Below are positions 10,922 to 24,200 of a DNA stretch of 64,000 bases, piece by piece (position 1 is the first letter of the stretch; every line of letters starts with the position of its first letter). The stretch covers positions 130,545,161 to 130,609,160 of the forward strand of contig NC_068984.1 in NCBI RefSeq assembly GCF_001194135.2, written 5' to 3'. Both the position numbers and the translations under genes were made by a program. Under the pieces are notes generated by a model that did not search any database, was not told the DNA's origin, and saw only the letters and a list, made by a program, of their open reading frames with translations. Source of the stretch: Octopus bimaculoides (lineage: Eukaryota).

Positions 10922-13900
10922 CTGAAATAGACATGTTAGAAATGGTAAAATCAGCTTTAGGGGTTTTATATAGTTTTAGTCGTCATTTTTTTTAGCGATA
11001 TGAAAAAAAGTAAGTCAGAGACAGTTAAGCTTTTAAAAATCAACAATTTATTTTTATTCATTGTTAAAATGTTTATATTGATGGAGTACATCAGGAAAAA
11101 ATAAAGAAAGTTCTTTTCAGAAGGTAAAGTTTATACAGCGAATAATCGTTAAGTTCAATTCATAATGTGAATACGTTGATGTTTTTCAGTACATTAAAGC
11201 AAGGTTTTGGCTTTGGTATGAGAAAACCACAATAGATTTTCTGTGGATATATGTGCGTAGAGAGATGTGTGTGTTTAAGTGAATTGGTGTAATAAATGTG
11301 TGAATATAATTCTTTGTACTATAGGCACAAGGCAGATTTTTTTCCAGTGTGAAAACAATTCACCACCACCACCACCAATAATAATAATAATAAAAATATT
11401 CAGACAAATACATAACAAAAACACCGGGACTTATAAGTATATATAACATACAGAAAATAGCACTACTAGGCACCACACACATCCTACGTAAAACACTTTC
11501 AATACAGTAACCATGAGAGCATCACAGCAAACCACAGCACATACCCAAGGCACACAGAGCTGCGCTCGGTAGTGAAGTGAAAGCACGTTATAAAAATAAA
11601 ACTACTGAACAATAATAATAATAATAATAATTTTTTCTGCTGTAGGCACAAGGCTTGAAATTGTTTGGGAGGGAGCGGTCAATTACATTGACCCAGTGCT
11701 CAACTGGTACTTATTTTATCAACCTTGAAAGGACGAAAGGCAAAGTTGATATTGGAGGTATTTTGAACATGTAAAGCCGAAAGAAATACTGCTTAGCATT
11801 TTGTCTGGTGTGCTAACGATTCTACTAACTCACCAACTTATATTCACTATCAACAGTAATTCGTTTTTCTACTGTAGGCTCAAAGTCTGAAAATTTGTTG
11901 GAGGGAGTTTGTCGCTTGTATTGACCCCGGTGCTCAACTGGTGCTTGTATTATCGGCCCTGAAAGCATGAACAGCAAAACTGACTTTGGTGGCATTTGAA
12001 CTCACAACATAGAGAGCCAGAAGAAATGTCACTAAATGTGTGAATATAATGTTACATATGAGAGAGTTGATGTGTAATTGATGCCGTCAGAGATCATCAT
12101 CATCATCATTGTTTAACGTCCGTTTTCCATGCTAGTATGGGTTGGACGATTTGACTGAGGACTAGAGAAGTAGATGGCTACACCAGGATCCAATCTGATT
12201 TAGCAGAGTTTCTACAGCTGGATGCCCTTCCTAATGCCAACCACTCTGAGACTGTAGTGGGTGCTTTTACGCGCCACCGGCACGAAGGCCAGTCAGGCGG
12301 TACTGGCAACAGCCACACTCAAAATGGTGTATTTTACGTGCCACCTGCACAGGAGGCAGTCCAATGGCACTGGCAACGATCTCACTCGAATGTCTTTACA
12401 TGTGCCAGGAAGGCGACCCTGGGCACAGGTGCCATCACGATTTCGCTTGCCACAAGAGGTCTTCGCAAGCTGAGTTTCGTGTGCAATGAAGGAGACGACG
12501 TTGGCATGGGTGCCAGTCGTCGAATTTAGTTCAATTTCGATTTCACTTGCCTCAACAGGTCTTCGCAAGCGGAGTTTAGTGTCCAATGAAGGAAGGTACG
12601 CATAAGTGGATTGGCTACATCCCTGGCAGACGCCTTGGATTTAGGTCTCACTTGGCTTGCCGGGTCTGGATGGAAAATGAAATTGAGACTTACGTGGTTT
12701 GAGCTTGGTAGTATTCAACTAGATGTTGTAGTAGATCGACTCCTTTCTTTGTGCGGATTTCATTGACTTTTATTAGATACTGCGAACAAACAGAAGAAGA
12801 AATTAGACAACTTTAAACGTTCATCTGCTAAAATAACAGTCTTTAAAAAAAAGTCACTACATAACTGACCACCAATAGATCATATCTTCATATAGTTAAT
12901 GTATAGTTAAGATTTAAGTTTGCGAATGAGAGACTAACAGAAAGTATGGAAAGCTAGCAATGCCAAAATCACAGAAAGTATGGAAAGCTAGCAACGCCAA
13001 AGATTTATGTAGATGCTTACGGTACCTGATATGGATAGAATAGGCCACACAAATACAACTTTAACTCTTTAACATTCAGATTTCTTTGTCAAATGTAAAC
13101 CTTATTTATTCACATTGTTTTGAATTAATCATGCATTCTCTTATAGTTTCACAATTTCTATGATGTGGTTGTTTATTTTTAGAATGACATTGTAGGGTAG
13201 GTGTGAGATGTTGGATCTGCTCAGTTTTAACATAAAACCAGGAGAATATCTGGGCCAGGTATGGCTGGATTAAATGCTAAAGAGTTAAGCCCACTTTCAC
13301 TATCAAAGCAGGGATTAGCCTAGGGGTTCCATGTTTTAGGGGACTATCTATCTTTTGATCCCTTTCTTGTTTCAGTCGTTGGACTGTGGTCATGCTGGGG
13401 CTCTGTCTTTAAGGGTTTATCACATATACATTAGCTATAAGTAGATATCAGTTATTAGTGGTCAGTTACATAGTGACCTAGTAAACTTGAAATGCCAGTA
13501 GCAAAGGTCATTATAATAGAGCAGGGGTTTTCAAACTTTTTGACTTGCGGACCCCTTCATATTTCAGGCATTACCTTAGAGACCCCCTTATAAACGCTTA
13601 TGAAATTTATACATAAATATTTGCTTAAAATAACATATATTTTTACATTTATTTATTTAACAGTATTTAACAAAATAGGTTTATTGTCAATTAAAAGATT
13701 TCGATTAAAAAACATATATAAAATCAAATTGCCCATAAAAAGTATTTGCTGTCCACGGACCCCGTCTTGTCCTTGCGGACCCCCTGTGGTCCGTGGACCA
13801 CAGTTTGAAAACCCCTGTAATAGAGGACAGCTGATCTGCAGATGTCAGTGTCGGATGGTCAAGAAATACAATGACCAGCTGAATGGTAAAAATACAATTT

Positions 13901-14402
13901 TCATTCTGATATTTTGTTCATTATATTGTCTATTTTGCTGTGGTAGTAAAGGTCAGATGAATAAATATTACTAAAGCATTGCTTTACAGTCAGATGCCCT
14001 TCCTGTCATTAATGGTACTTACTTCACATGCTTGTAACTGAAACATTTTTCTTTCTTTTTCCATCTCTTCTGCAATCTACAACAAAGAAAAAAAAAGGAA
14101 TTCTTTTGATTTTCATTTATGCATTACACTTTTCCCTTTCTCTCTCTCTTTCTCCGTAATTGTGGGTGCAATTACACACACACACACAAAAAATATGTAT
14201 GTATGGATGGATGAATGCATGAATAAAATGACAATTGCCTTAGTGTTTAGCATGTCTGCACAATTTATGGTGTCTGGATTATGATTCCAGTAGGCACTGA
14301 AAAACATTTTTGTCCAACCTATGGAACATGGATGTTAAATGATTATATATATATACATACACACACATACATATATATACATATATACACACACACACAT
14401 AT

Positions 14403-14440
<38 letters not shown>

Positions 14441-15179
14441 ATATAATCCATGTTCATTAAGCCAACAAAACATTTTTCGCTTTGTTTATAGCTCTTCAGG
14501 AACAATATTTCGAGGACTAAACGGTTTCTTTAAATATTGTTCTTTAGCTCCTGAAGAGCTGTAGCTGAAACAAAATGTATTTTGTCAGACTAATGGTTAT
14601 AGATTAAATATATTTTATTGACTCTCAGACTTAACATTGAGTTCTTTATTTTAAGTGGCTGGACATATAGCTTCTTTTGAACTTGTCACCTCCTCGAAAA
14701 CAGATGTCAAATGGTGATGATGATGAAGATGATCACACACACACACACACGTTTGGGGTGTGCCATACTTTATACATACCTCAGGGCCGGACACTTCAGA
14801 GCGAATCATTCCTACTTCTTTAGCTTGCTGTTTCTTTTCTTTTTCTATTTTTGTACTGAAACAAACATTGAACGGTTGTGAAACACATTTACAAATCTTC
14901 TATGAACAAATTCTTTCAATAAACTATTAGCCATAAATGGAAACCGTTCATTTGTATGCAGCTAACAAACCAGTCTTAATCAATCTTCAATTAACAAATA
15001 TCTTAATTGCTCATCTTCTCTCTTTTAAACAGATGGTTAAACATTCATCTGATAGATATTGTTGGCAGTTTTCACATGCTAATGACTTATTATCTTCAGT
15101 TAACAAATCCAATTATCTCATACTAAAAGAGGCCATATGCACACACACACACACACACACATGTGTAGCTCTCCCTCTT

Positions 15180-15226
<47 letters not shown>

Positions 15227-18200
15227 CATATGGATGAGGACAGCTGTGTAAAGAAGTGCTGATCTCTAACTGTGGAGGGAACCTGTGGCAGATGTAGACC
15301 CAGGAAGACATGAGACAAGGTGGTGAAGCATGACCTTCGATTTTGAAACTCACAGAGGCAACGACTGGTGACCGAGACCTTTGGTGATGTGCTGTGCTTG
15401 AGAGGACCTAGTAGCATGTGAAGAACATCTTTTGAATGTTGGACCTCATGTAGGCAAAGAAATAAGAAACGTTATCACACCAGGCGAGATGCTTAGCGGT
15501 ATTTTGTCTGTCTTTACATTCTGAGTTCAAATTCCACCAAGGTCGACTTTGCCTTTCATCCTTTCGGGGTCGATAAATTAAGTACCAATTATGCACTGNN
15601 NNNNNNNNNNNNNNNNNNNNNNNNNNNNNNNNNNNNNNNNNNNNNNNNNNNNNNGGGGGGGGGGGGTCAATGTAATCGACTTAATCCCTTTGTCTGTCCC
15701 CTCTATGTTTAGCCCCTTGTGGGTAATAAAGAAATAAGATACAGGTATAAATTTAGTGCTGAGGTGGGTAGACAGTGGCCCTGTTCAGGTAGGATAGTAA
15801 TTGCTGTGTAGTGTTGAAGTAGGGTAGATACAGGTGGACACGAAGTGTTGAGGTAAGGTAGATAGTAGTCACTGTGTAGTGAAAAGAAATGGTAGATATA
15901 ATTGGCAATATAGTATTGAAGTATGGTAGATGGCGGTAACTGTGTAATGTTGAGGTAAGGTAGACAATGATGGTAGTGTTCTGATGAGGTAGGGTAGATA
16001 GGGGTGGAAATGAAGTTTTGATGTTGGGTAGAAAGTAGTGACTGTGTTGTGTTGATGTAGGGTAGGAGGAGGGAAGGATAAAAGTGGTACTCACAATTTT
16101 GTCTCGTACTCCTTTGTAGCTTTATCAAATGGTTTCTTCAGGTCCCCTTTCACTCCTTTCAACTCTCCCTTCAGGAATGTATCAAGAGGAAACAACAGGA
16201 TGTTGTTCAGGCTTTGTATCTGGTTTAGAGAAAGAGAGAGACATTATTAGAAAGCTTCAACAGTAACAACAATAACATCAAGTAACTACATAAGCCTCTA
16301 TGCAGTTGCTTAATGTACAAACCAACTGAGAGGGAGAACCTTTACATGGTTGCACAATATGCTAGAAATAGCAGTCCAATCGCCTGTAGATTGCTTAGTA
16401 CTGTCTTCAAAATAAGGGAGTCATACAGGTAATGTTGTGGCACTCTGTCGGTTATGATGACGAGGGTTCCAGTAAGTAATGAAGGAGAATTAATAGTAGC
16501 AGCAATAGTAAAAACAACAACAACAACAACAACAACAACAGCAGCAGTTAGTAGAATAAAGCAAAGGAAAGATTTGGGTACATACCAGATTTTTCATCAA
16601 AGCTGAGAGCTCTTTGGTAACTCGTGAGAACTTCAGGAAAGCTTCCCCTTCAAAAATAAAAAAAAAACAAGAGACAATTTAATATCTTTAAATACATATT
16701 TTAAAGAATTGCATCTAGGAACGGCTTTCAATTTCTTTAGGTGCATTACACTAGTTCAGGCATGGCTGTGTGCTAGAGAAGCTTGCTTTGTAACTACATG
16801 GCTTCAGGTTCAGTCTCACTGCATGGCACTTTGAATATGTGTCTCCTATTATAGCCCCTGGTCAATAATTGCCACGATGCAAATGAAAACTGTGTGTAAG
16901 CCTTTAATATATGTGTGTGTGTGTGTGTGTCTTTGTGCTTGTTTGTTCTCTGCCAACACCTCTTGACAACCTGTGTTGGTTCGTTTATGTCCCTATAACT
17001 TAACAATCACAAGGACCTAAACAAACCAACACCAGTTGTCAAGTGGATGTTTGTCTAAGTTTGTATTTGTTCCTCACTATCACACAGTTTCCATCTACCA
17101 AATCCTAAAACAAGGCATTGGTTGTAGACACATAACCAAGTTGAGACCGAACACTGCACACTGTAGGACTGAACCTGAAACCACATGGTTGCAAAGATAG
17201 CTTCTTAACCACACCATCATGTCTGCACCTATGTATATGTTGGCTAGGGAAACAACTGGAAATGTAAAACAGCTTTAACAATTATTAAGACAGTTTTGGG
17301 AAAATACATCTAACAAGACAATAGCACAATACCCAAGCAACAGACACAGAACTGGCTGAATGCTGTTGTTTCATTTCTGTGCCACATGAAGTCCTGCTAA
17401 AAACCACTCATTCTATTTTTTATTATGCAAGATTTTTGCATCATAGTTTAACTTGTTCTTTTCTTAACAGTATTTCCTCTACTATTTGTAGATCTCACAA
17501 GGAGAGTTATTCAGCAACAGTACTTTGTAGTAAAGATTATTTACCAACGTAACATGGCAGTCCTGGTTTAGGACGAATGTAATTTAGCCCCAGCTGGCTA
17601 TACGACACAATCTGTGTCCTTATATTTTCAAAAATATAAGGACACAGATCATGTTGTATAGCCAACTGGAGACGATGTCTCCTGGGGCTAAATTACAGCA
17701 ACATTTGTCCTAAACCAGGACTGCCATGTTTATGTTGGCAAATAATCTTTACTCCAAAGTATTTTCTCTTTCTTTAATGTTCTGAGTTCAAATTCCATCA
17801 AGGCTGACTTTTGGGGTTTGATGAAATAAAAGTACCAGTGGAACACAGAGGTTGATAAAATTGACTTGCCTGCCTACCCTCAAATTTCAGGCCTTGTACA
17901 TACAGTGGAAATGGTTATCTAACTCTCTGAGTGATAAGGGTTTTGGTGGTACAGCTCACAGTTTATGAACAGGGACGAATAAGTTCAACAGTTGATGTAT
18001 GTAAAACACTATGGCGTTTAATAATAAACATAACAGACGAAGTTTTATTACAGCTAGATTCTAAGAAGATCTGGGATTTGGAAACTGAAAGAAACCTATC
18101 CTGTGTGTATGTGCAGGTACTATATGTGGGCATACCTACATAAGTGTACTCCATAGACTTTGTTTCTGTATAACTTTCACAATAACGGATATTTTTAATG

Positions 18201-21200
18201 AAATTTCCTACAAATATGTTTCAGATGGTGTAGATTCCGATTATATCAAAATTTGTTGTGAATATTTTTCCGAAGGTGGGGGACATGAATTTCGGAAATT
18301 CACTCGAATCGACATTGTTTTCCAATGACTTTCAATTTTTTTTTTTTTAATGAAATTTTTTACCAACACCTTTCAGTCAACGTCGATTACGATTATATCT
18401 GAATGAAATGTGAAACAAAAATTGGTGGACGCACACACATATATACTAATATGCGTCACATATATATCTTCAAAATAAAACTTGAAATTTTGAAAAAAAT
18501 TGCAAATACGTGTCACTATGCATGTGTGTGGGTCCACCATTTTTTTTTTTTTTCCACACAACATTCCGATATACTTGTAATCTATACCATCTGAAAGATA
18601 TCGGTAGAGAATTTTGTTGAAAGTGCACATTTTCTGAAAGTTATGAGGGTACAAATTCGAGATGTTGGGTACATTTGTGTATGTACGCACATCACTGCGT
18701 ATTTGCCTTTTTATAAAATCACTCAGCAATAAGCAGGGAGTGATTGTCATTTCTCCTTGTCAATAAATCCTCCACTGGTTTTGCGTCTTTAAAAACAGAT
18801 AAAGGTAAGAAATAGGCAGGATGCTCGGCAGTAAGACACTTTTTTTAATAATATATTCGTCTAACTCGTGCTAGCACGAAAAAAAAACAAAAAACAAACA
18901 AACGAATATCTGAATGTATTAAATCATAATTTTATTTTGTGAACATTCTCCACGGATTGTTTTTTTTCTATACAAGGGTTTTTAACTATTTCCAATTCTA
19001 CACTTAACTACATCTATTTCCTAACGAGTGAATTCGATTCCTGGAACGTCCCAATGGACGGAGGATTTGAGAGATGGTCTAAGGGAGATAACTTGCACAC
19101 TATTTATATAATGTGAGCACCAACTATTCTAGTTACTTCCCCTTGGTGCAGCTGAAATACTTAAACGAAACCTAGATTTCTTAAATTCTATTCTTCGTGT
19201 TATCAAAACACTTAGGTAGAAAATCGAGTGACTGGGTCACTGCCTTTTCTGCTTCCTTGAATTAATATTCTATAAACCATGTAACATTTTAAAAACTATC
19301 TTGTTATGTACCAAGAGAAAAAAAATATTTTTTCTGATGTGTTATAATTACTGTTAAATCTAAATCAATTAAACTAGATCGATTGTGCATGTAACCTTCA
19401 ACACGTCTGGATACTGTTAGGATTGCGTTTCTTTTTTCTTCCACCAATTTCGAAAGGAGTTGTCAAATTATACCATTATCCGTTAGAATTATTTGATTCT
19501 TCGTTGACATATATCTCCCTGGACACAACAAAATTTCATCGTTTACTTATTTTAGTCATTGGACTGCGGTCATGCTGGAGTAACACATTGAAAGGTTTAG
19601 AAAAATTATATAAAGTTCACAATTTTTTTTTTTTCCACATGGCCCCGAAAACATAAGAAATATCAATTATTAGGGACGGAAGCAGTATTGATAGCAAAAG
19701 GTCATCTTTATCTCCAACTAATCATAGACGCCTTGTTAGAACACCAAACACTGCAACATTAGCCTTCAGAGATCCTCTCATATAGGTGCTTGGTGCATAA
19801 AAGCACACACATAGATCGTAGCAGACAAGAATTGGCTGTCATGGACGCTGGAATTCCCATATCAGGTGATTACATTCTACTGGAAATTATCAGTGGGAAG
19901 CGCCGGTCACTGCATGTCAGTCAGATCTTGTTGCCATGATATACAAAATACCAGCATTTTTTCAGACACGAATTCCACGTGTATGCATTTATATTTAATT
20001 TCCTAACGTCGGATATTTGATCAGAGAAAAGCAGCAAAAGATTGGACGATATACTTTATACTATTTACATATAATAACCCTTTATGAAGTAGAAACTACA
20101 GAAGGTGTAGAAACGACACAAGGCGGCGAGCTGGCAGAAACGTTAGCACGCCGGGAGAAATGCTTAGCGGTATTACGTCTGCCGTTACGTACTGAGTTTA
20201 AATTCCACCAAGGTCGACTTTGCCTTTCATCCTTTCGGGGTCGATAAATTAAGTACCAATTACGCACTGAGATCGATATAATAGACTTAATCCCTTTGTC
20301 TGTCCTTGTTTGTCCCCTTTATGTTTAGCCCCTTGTGGGCAATAAAGAAATAAGAAACTACAGAAGGTTGACTAACAGTTTTGGTTTACAACTCTCTATG
20401 AAGCAGAAACTAGAGGATCAGATTAAAAGTTTGAGGTTTGGCCAAATTGTCAGACAAAATGCCTTATGGAGGTTGTTGTGGCTCTGCATGCTCTGAGTTC
20501 AAGTCCTGCCAGAGTTGACTTAGCCTTTTATCCTTCTGGGGTCTAGAATAATTAAGTATCGAGATTGATTTAACTCCTTTTAATACCAACCCACAGGAGA
20601 CCACCCCTCGTTCTAATACAAACTTCCAGTTTTAAATCCGTCAAAATTTCATATTAATTTAAGTTTCAAACACTAGTGTACTAACCCTTTCTAGAAGAGG
20701 CACAAGGCCTGAAAGTTTTTAGGGGAGAGGGCCAACTTAATTACCCCAATCCCAGTGCTCAACTGGTACTTATTTTATTGACTGCAAAAGGATGAAAGAT
20801 AAAGTCAACCTTGGCACAGGTTGAAGTCAGAACATGTTGTTGTTGGTTGGTACTCCGTCGCTTACGACGTCGAGGGTTCCAGTTGATCCGATCATCGGAA
20901 CAGCCTGCTCGTGAAATTAACGTGCAAGTGGCTGAGCAATCCACTAACACGTGTACCCTTAATGTAGTTCTCGGGGATATTCAGCGTGACACAGTGTGAC
21001 AAGGCTGACCCTTTGAATTACAGGCACAACAGAAACAGGAAGTAAGAGTGAGAGAAAGTTGTGGTGGAAGAGTACAGCAGGGTTCGCCACCATTCCCTGC
21101 CGGATCCTCGTGGAGCTTTAGGTGTTTTCACTCAATAAACACTCACAACGCCCGGTCTGGGAATCGAAACCGCGTTTCTATGACCGCGAGTCCGCTGCCC

Positions 21201-24200
21201 TAACCACTGGGCCATTGCGCCTACACTGAAGTCAGAACATAAAGATGTATGAAACGTCATTAAACATTTGGTCTGGCCTACTAATGATTTTGCCGCCTTG
21301 CTACCTGAAACACTAGCTTAATAATCCATTCAACTAAAGGTACAAGGTATGAAATTTTGAGGGGGGAGGTACCAAGTCACTTACATTGACTCCAGTGTTT
21401 CACTGGTTCTTAATTTATCAACCCTGAAAGGATGAAAGGCACAGTTGACCTCGGCAGAATTTGAATTCAGAACATAATGACAGACAAAAATGCCACTAAG
21501 CATTTTGCTGGGCATGCGGATCTATTTTAAAACGAGGGCACCAGTTTTCATTTATGTTTTATGTAGTGTTTTTGGTACCGAAAGACTTTCAAACTTCGTA
21601 TACTTATCTATTTTGGGATCTTTTTTAAAACGGGGGCCACATTTTTCATTAATGTTTTACGNNNNNNNNNNNNNNNNNNNNNNNNNNNNNNNNNNNNNNN
21701 NNNNNNNNNNNNNNNNNNNNNNNNNNNNNNNNNNNNNNNNNNNNNNNNNNNNNNNNNNNNNNNNNNNNNNNNNNNNNNNNNNNNNNNNNNNNNNNNNNNN
21801 NNNNNNNNNNNNNNNNNNNNNNNNNNNNNNNNNNNNNNNNNNNNNNNNNNNNNNNNNNNNNNNNNNNNNNNNNNNNNNNNNNNNNNNNNNNNNNNNNNNN
21901 NNNNNNNNNNNNNNNNNNNNNNNNNNNNNNNNNNNNNNNNNNNNNNNNNNNNNNNNNNNNNNNNNNNNNNNNNNNNNNNNNNNNNNNNNNNNNNNNNNNN
22001 NNNNNNNNNNNNNNNNNNNNNNNNNNNNNNNNNNNNNNNNNNNNNNNNNNNNNNNNNNNNNNNNNNNNNNNNNNNNNNNNNNNNNNNNNNNNNNNNNNNN
22101 NNNNNNNNNNNNNNNNNNNNNNNNNNNNNNNNNNNNNNNNNNNNNNNNNNNNNNNNNNNNNNNNNNNNNNNNNNNNNNNNNNNNNNNNNNNNNNNNNNNN
22201 NNNNNNNNNNNNNNNNNNNNNNNNNNNNNNNNNNNNNNNNNNNNNNNNNNNNNNNNNNNNNNNNNNNNNNNNNNNNNNNNNNNNNNNNNNNNNNNNNNNN
22301 NNNNNNNNNNNNNNNNNNNNNNNNNNNNNNNNNNNNNNNNNNNNNNNNNNNNNNNNNNNNNNNNNNNNNNNNNNNNNNNNNNNNNNNNNNNNNNNNNNNN
22401 NNNNNNNNNNNNNNNNNNNNNNNNNNNNNNNNNNNNNNNNNNNNNNNNNNNNNNNNNNNNNNNNNNNNNNNNNNNNNNNNNNNNNNNNNNNNNNNNNNNN
22501 NNNNNNNNNNNNNNNNNNNNNNNNNNNNNNNNNNNNNNNNNNNNNNNNNNNNNNNNNNNNNNNNNNNNNNNNNNGCTAATGATCCTGCCAGCTCACTGCC
22601 TAAAACACTAGCTTAATAATGACAGTCATTTTTACTAAATTCTTCATTATTTTCAAAAATAACTGAAACAAAATCAATGCCAATCAATAGGGTAACTTTT
22701 GGATCTTTTTGGTTTGACGGGCAACATTTTTCATTAATGTTTTATGTAGTGTTTTTGGTACCGAAACACTTTCAAACTTCGTATACTTGTATATTTTGTA
22801 TTATAGAACAGATAAAAAAATTTGTATTCGAAGTTATTTCATGTAAAAAGTTGTCGTATTTCGGTAATTTCAACCAATCACTGATGTTGTTTCGTTAAGA
22901 AAACAAGTGTTGCCCGTCAAACCAAAAAGATCCTAACTTTTGTGGTGAGAGTCACAACGCCCCCTGTGAGAATACTCTGACCAAACAACTATAAATAGTA
23001 GCAGTTTGAGTGAGATAAGAGAGTGTAGGTGTACACTCACAGGAAGTCGTAAAGTGTTGCTTTGGTAATTTGTCAGAATATCGTTTGTTTGTTCATGTAT
23101 AGTTCGTGGAGAGTCTGTTGGATAATCCATGTTGTTGTTGCTTTGCTTTGTTATGTTTTATTGTTATTACACAGTTATAATGTAAAAAAAAAAAGTATTA
23201 GCAATACAACAGTAACAAAAGGGTTAATCAACTGATCTTTGCCCTGAATTTGTACTTAATTTATCGACCCCGAAAGGCAAAGTCGACCTCGGCCCAATTT
23301 GAACTCAGAACGTAACGGCAGACGAAATACCGCCAAGCGTTTCGCCCGGCGGGGTAACGTTTCTGATAGCTCGCTGCCTTTTCTTTCTACACAGTTTCTA
23401 CCAATCAAATTCACTCGCAAGATGTTAGTTAGCCTGGAGCTCTAGTAAAAGAAATTTGCCCAAGGTGGTGCCATGCAGTGGGATTGAACCGGAAACCACA
23501 TGGTTGCAAAGAGAACTTTTTAACTACACAGCCATGCTACGGTCTTTAATTCAATTTTTTTTTTATTAAAGACAGTTGGATGTAAATTTAATGGATAATT
23601 GACGGTTAATTTTAGCAGCTCCCTTACAAGGTTTCATTGATAAATAGAAAATCGTTAATTGATGGAACAGCTGGGAGAATTAAGAGAGAGAGAGGAAAGA
23701 GACAGCTTTGATGGGGATGGGGAGAGAGGAAGGGAGGTAACTCCCACTCATTCGAGCGACAAGTGAGATAATTGCTTCACCGACACCCATTTATGGCTGT
23801 GACCTTCACCTTCGTATGTTGTCCCAATCAAACGTTTCCTAGTGTTGTCGTTTTTGGGTATATTATTTTTTGTCCCCTGTCAATAGCTTCTACAATTATA
23901 TCCTCCCTCCTCTAACTTCCATTTCTTCGTGTGGATGTGTGTGTGTGCGTGCGCCTGTGTTTGTATGCATGTCTGTCAATCTCGAGCTGAACTTTAACTG
24001 CATTCGCCATACCAGTACGGTGAGGGTGGGGGCGCTGCAAACGCTGTCGGTTTATTGCTCCTCCTCGCACTCCTCTTCTTCCTTCAGCTTTTGGACTGCA
24101 GCATAGACACACACACACACACAAGCAACCGCACATACACAGGCAACCACACACACACACAAGCAACCGCACATGCACACACACACAAGCAACCACACAT

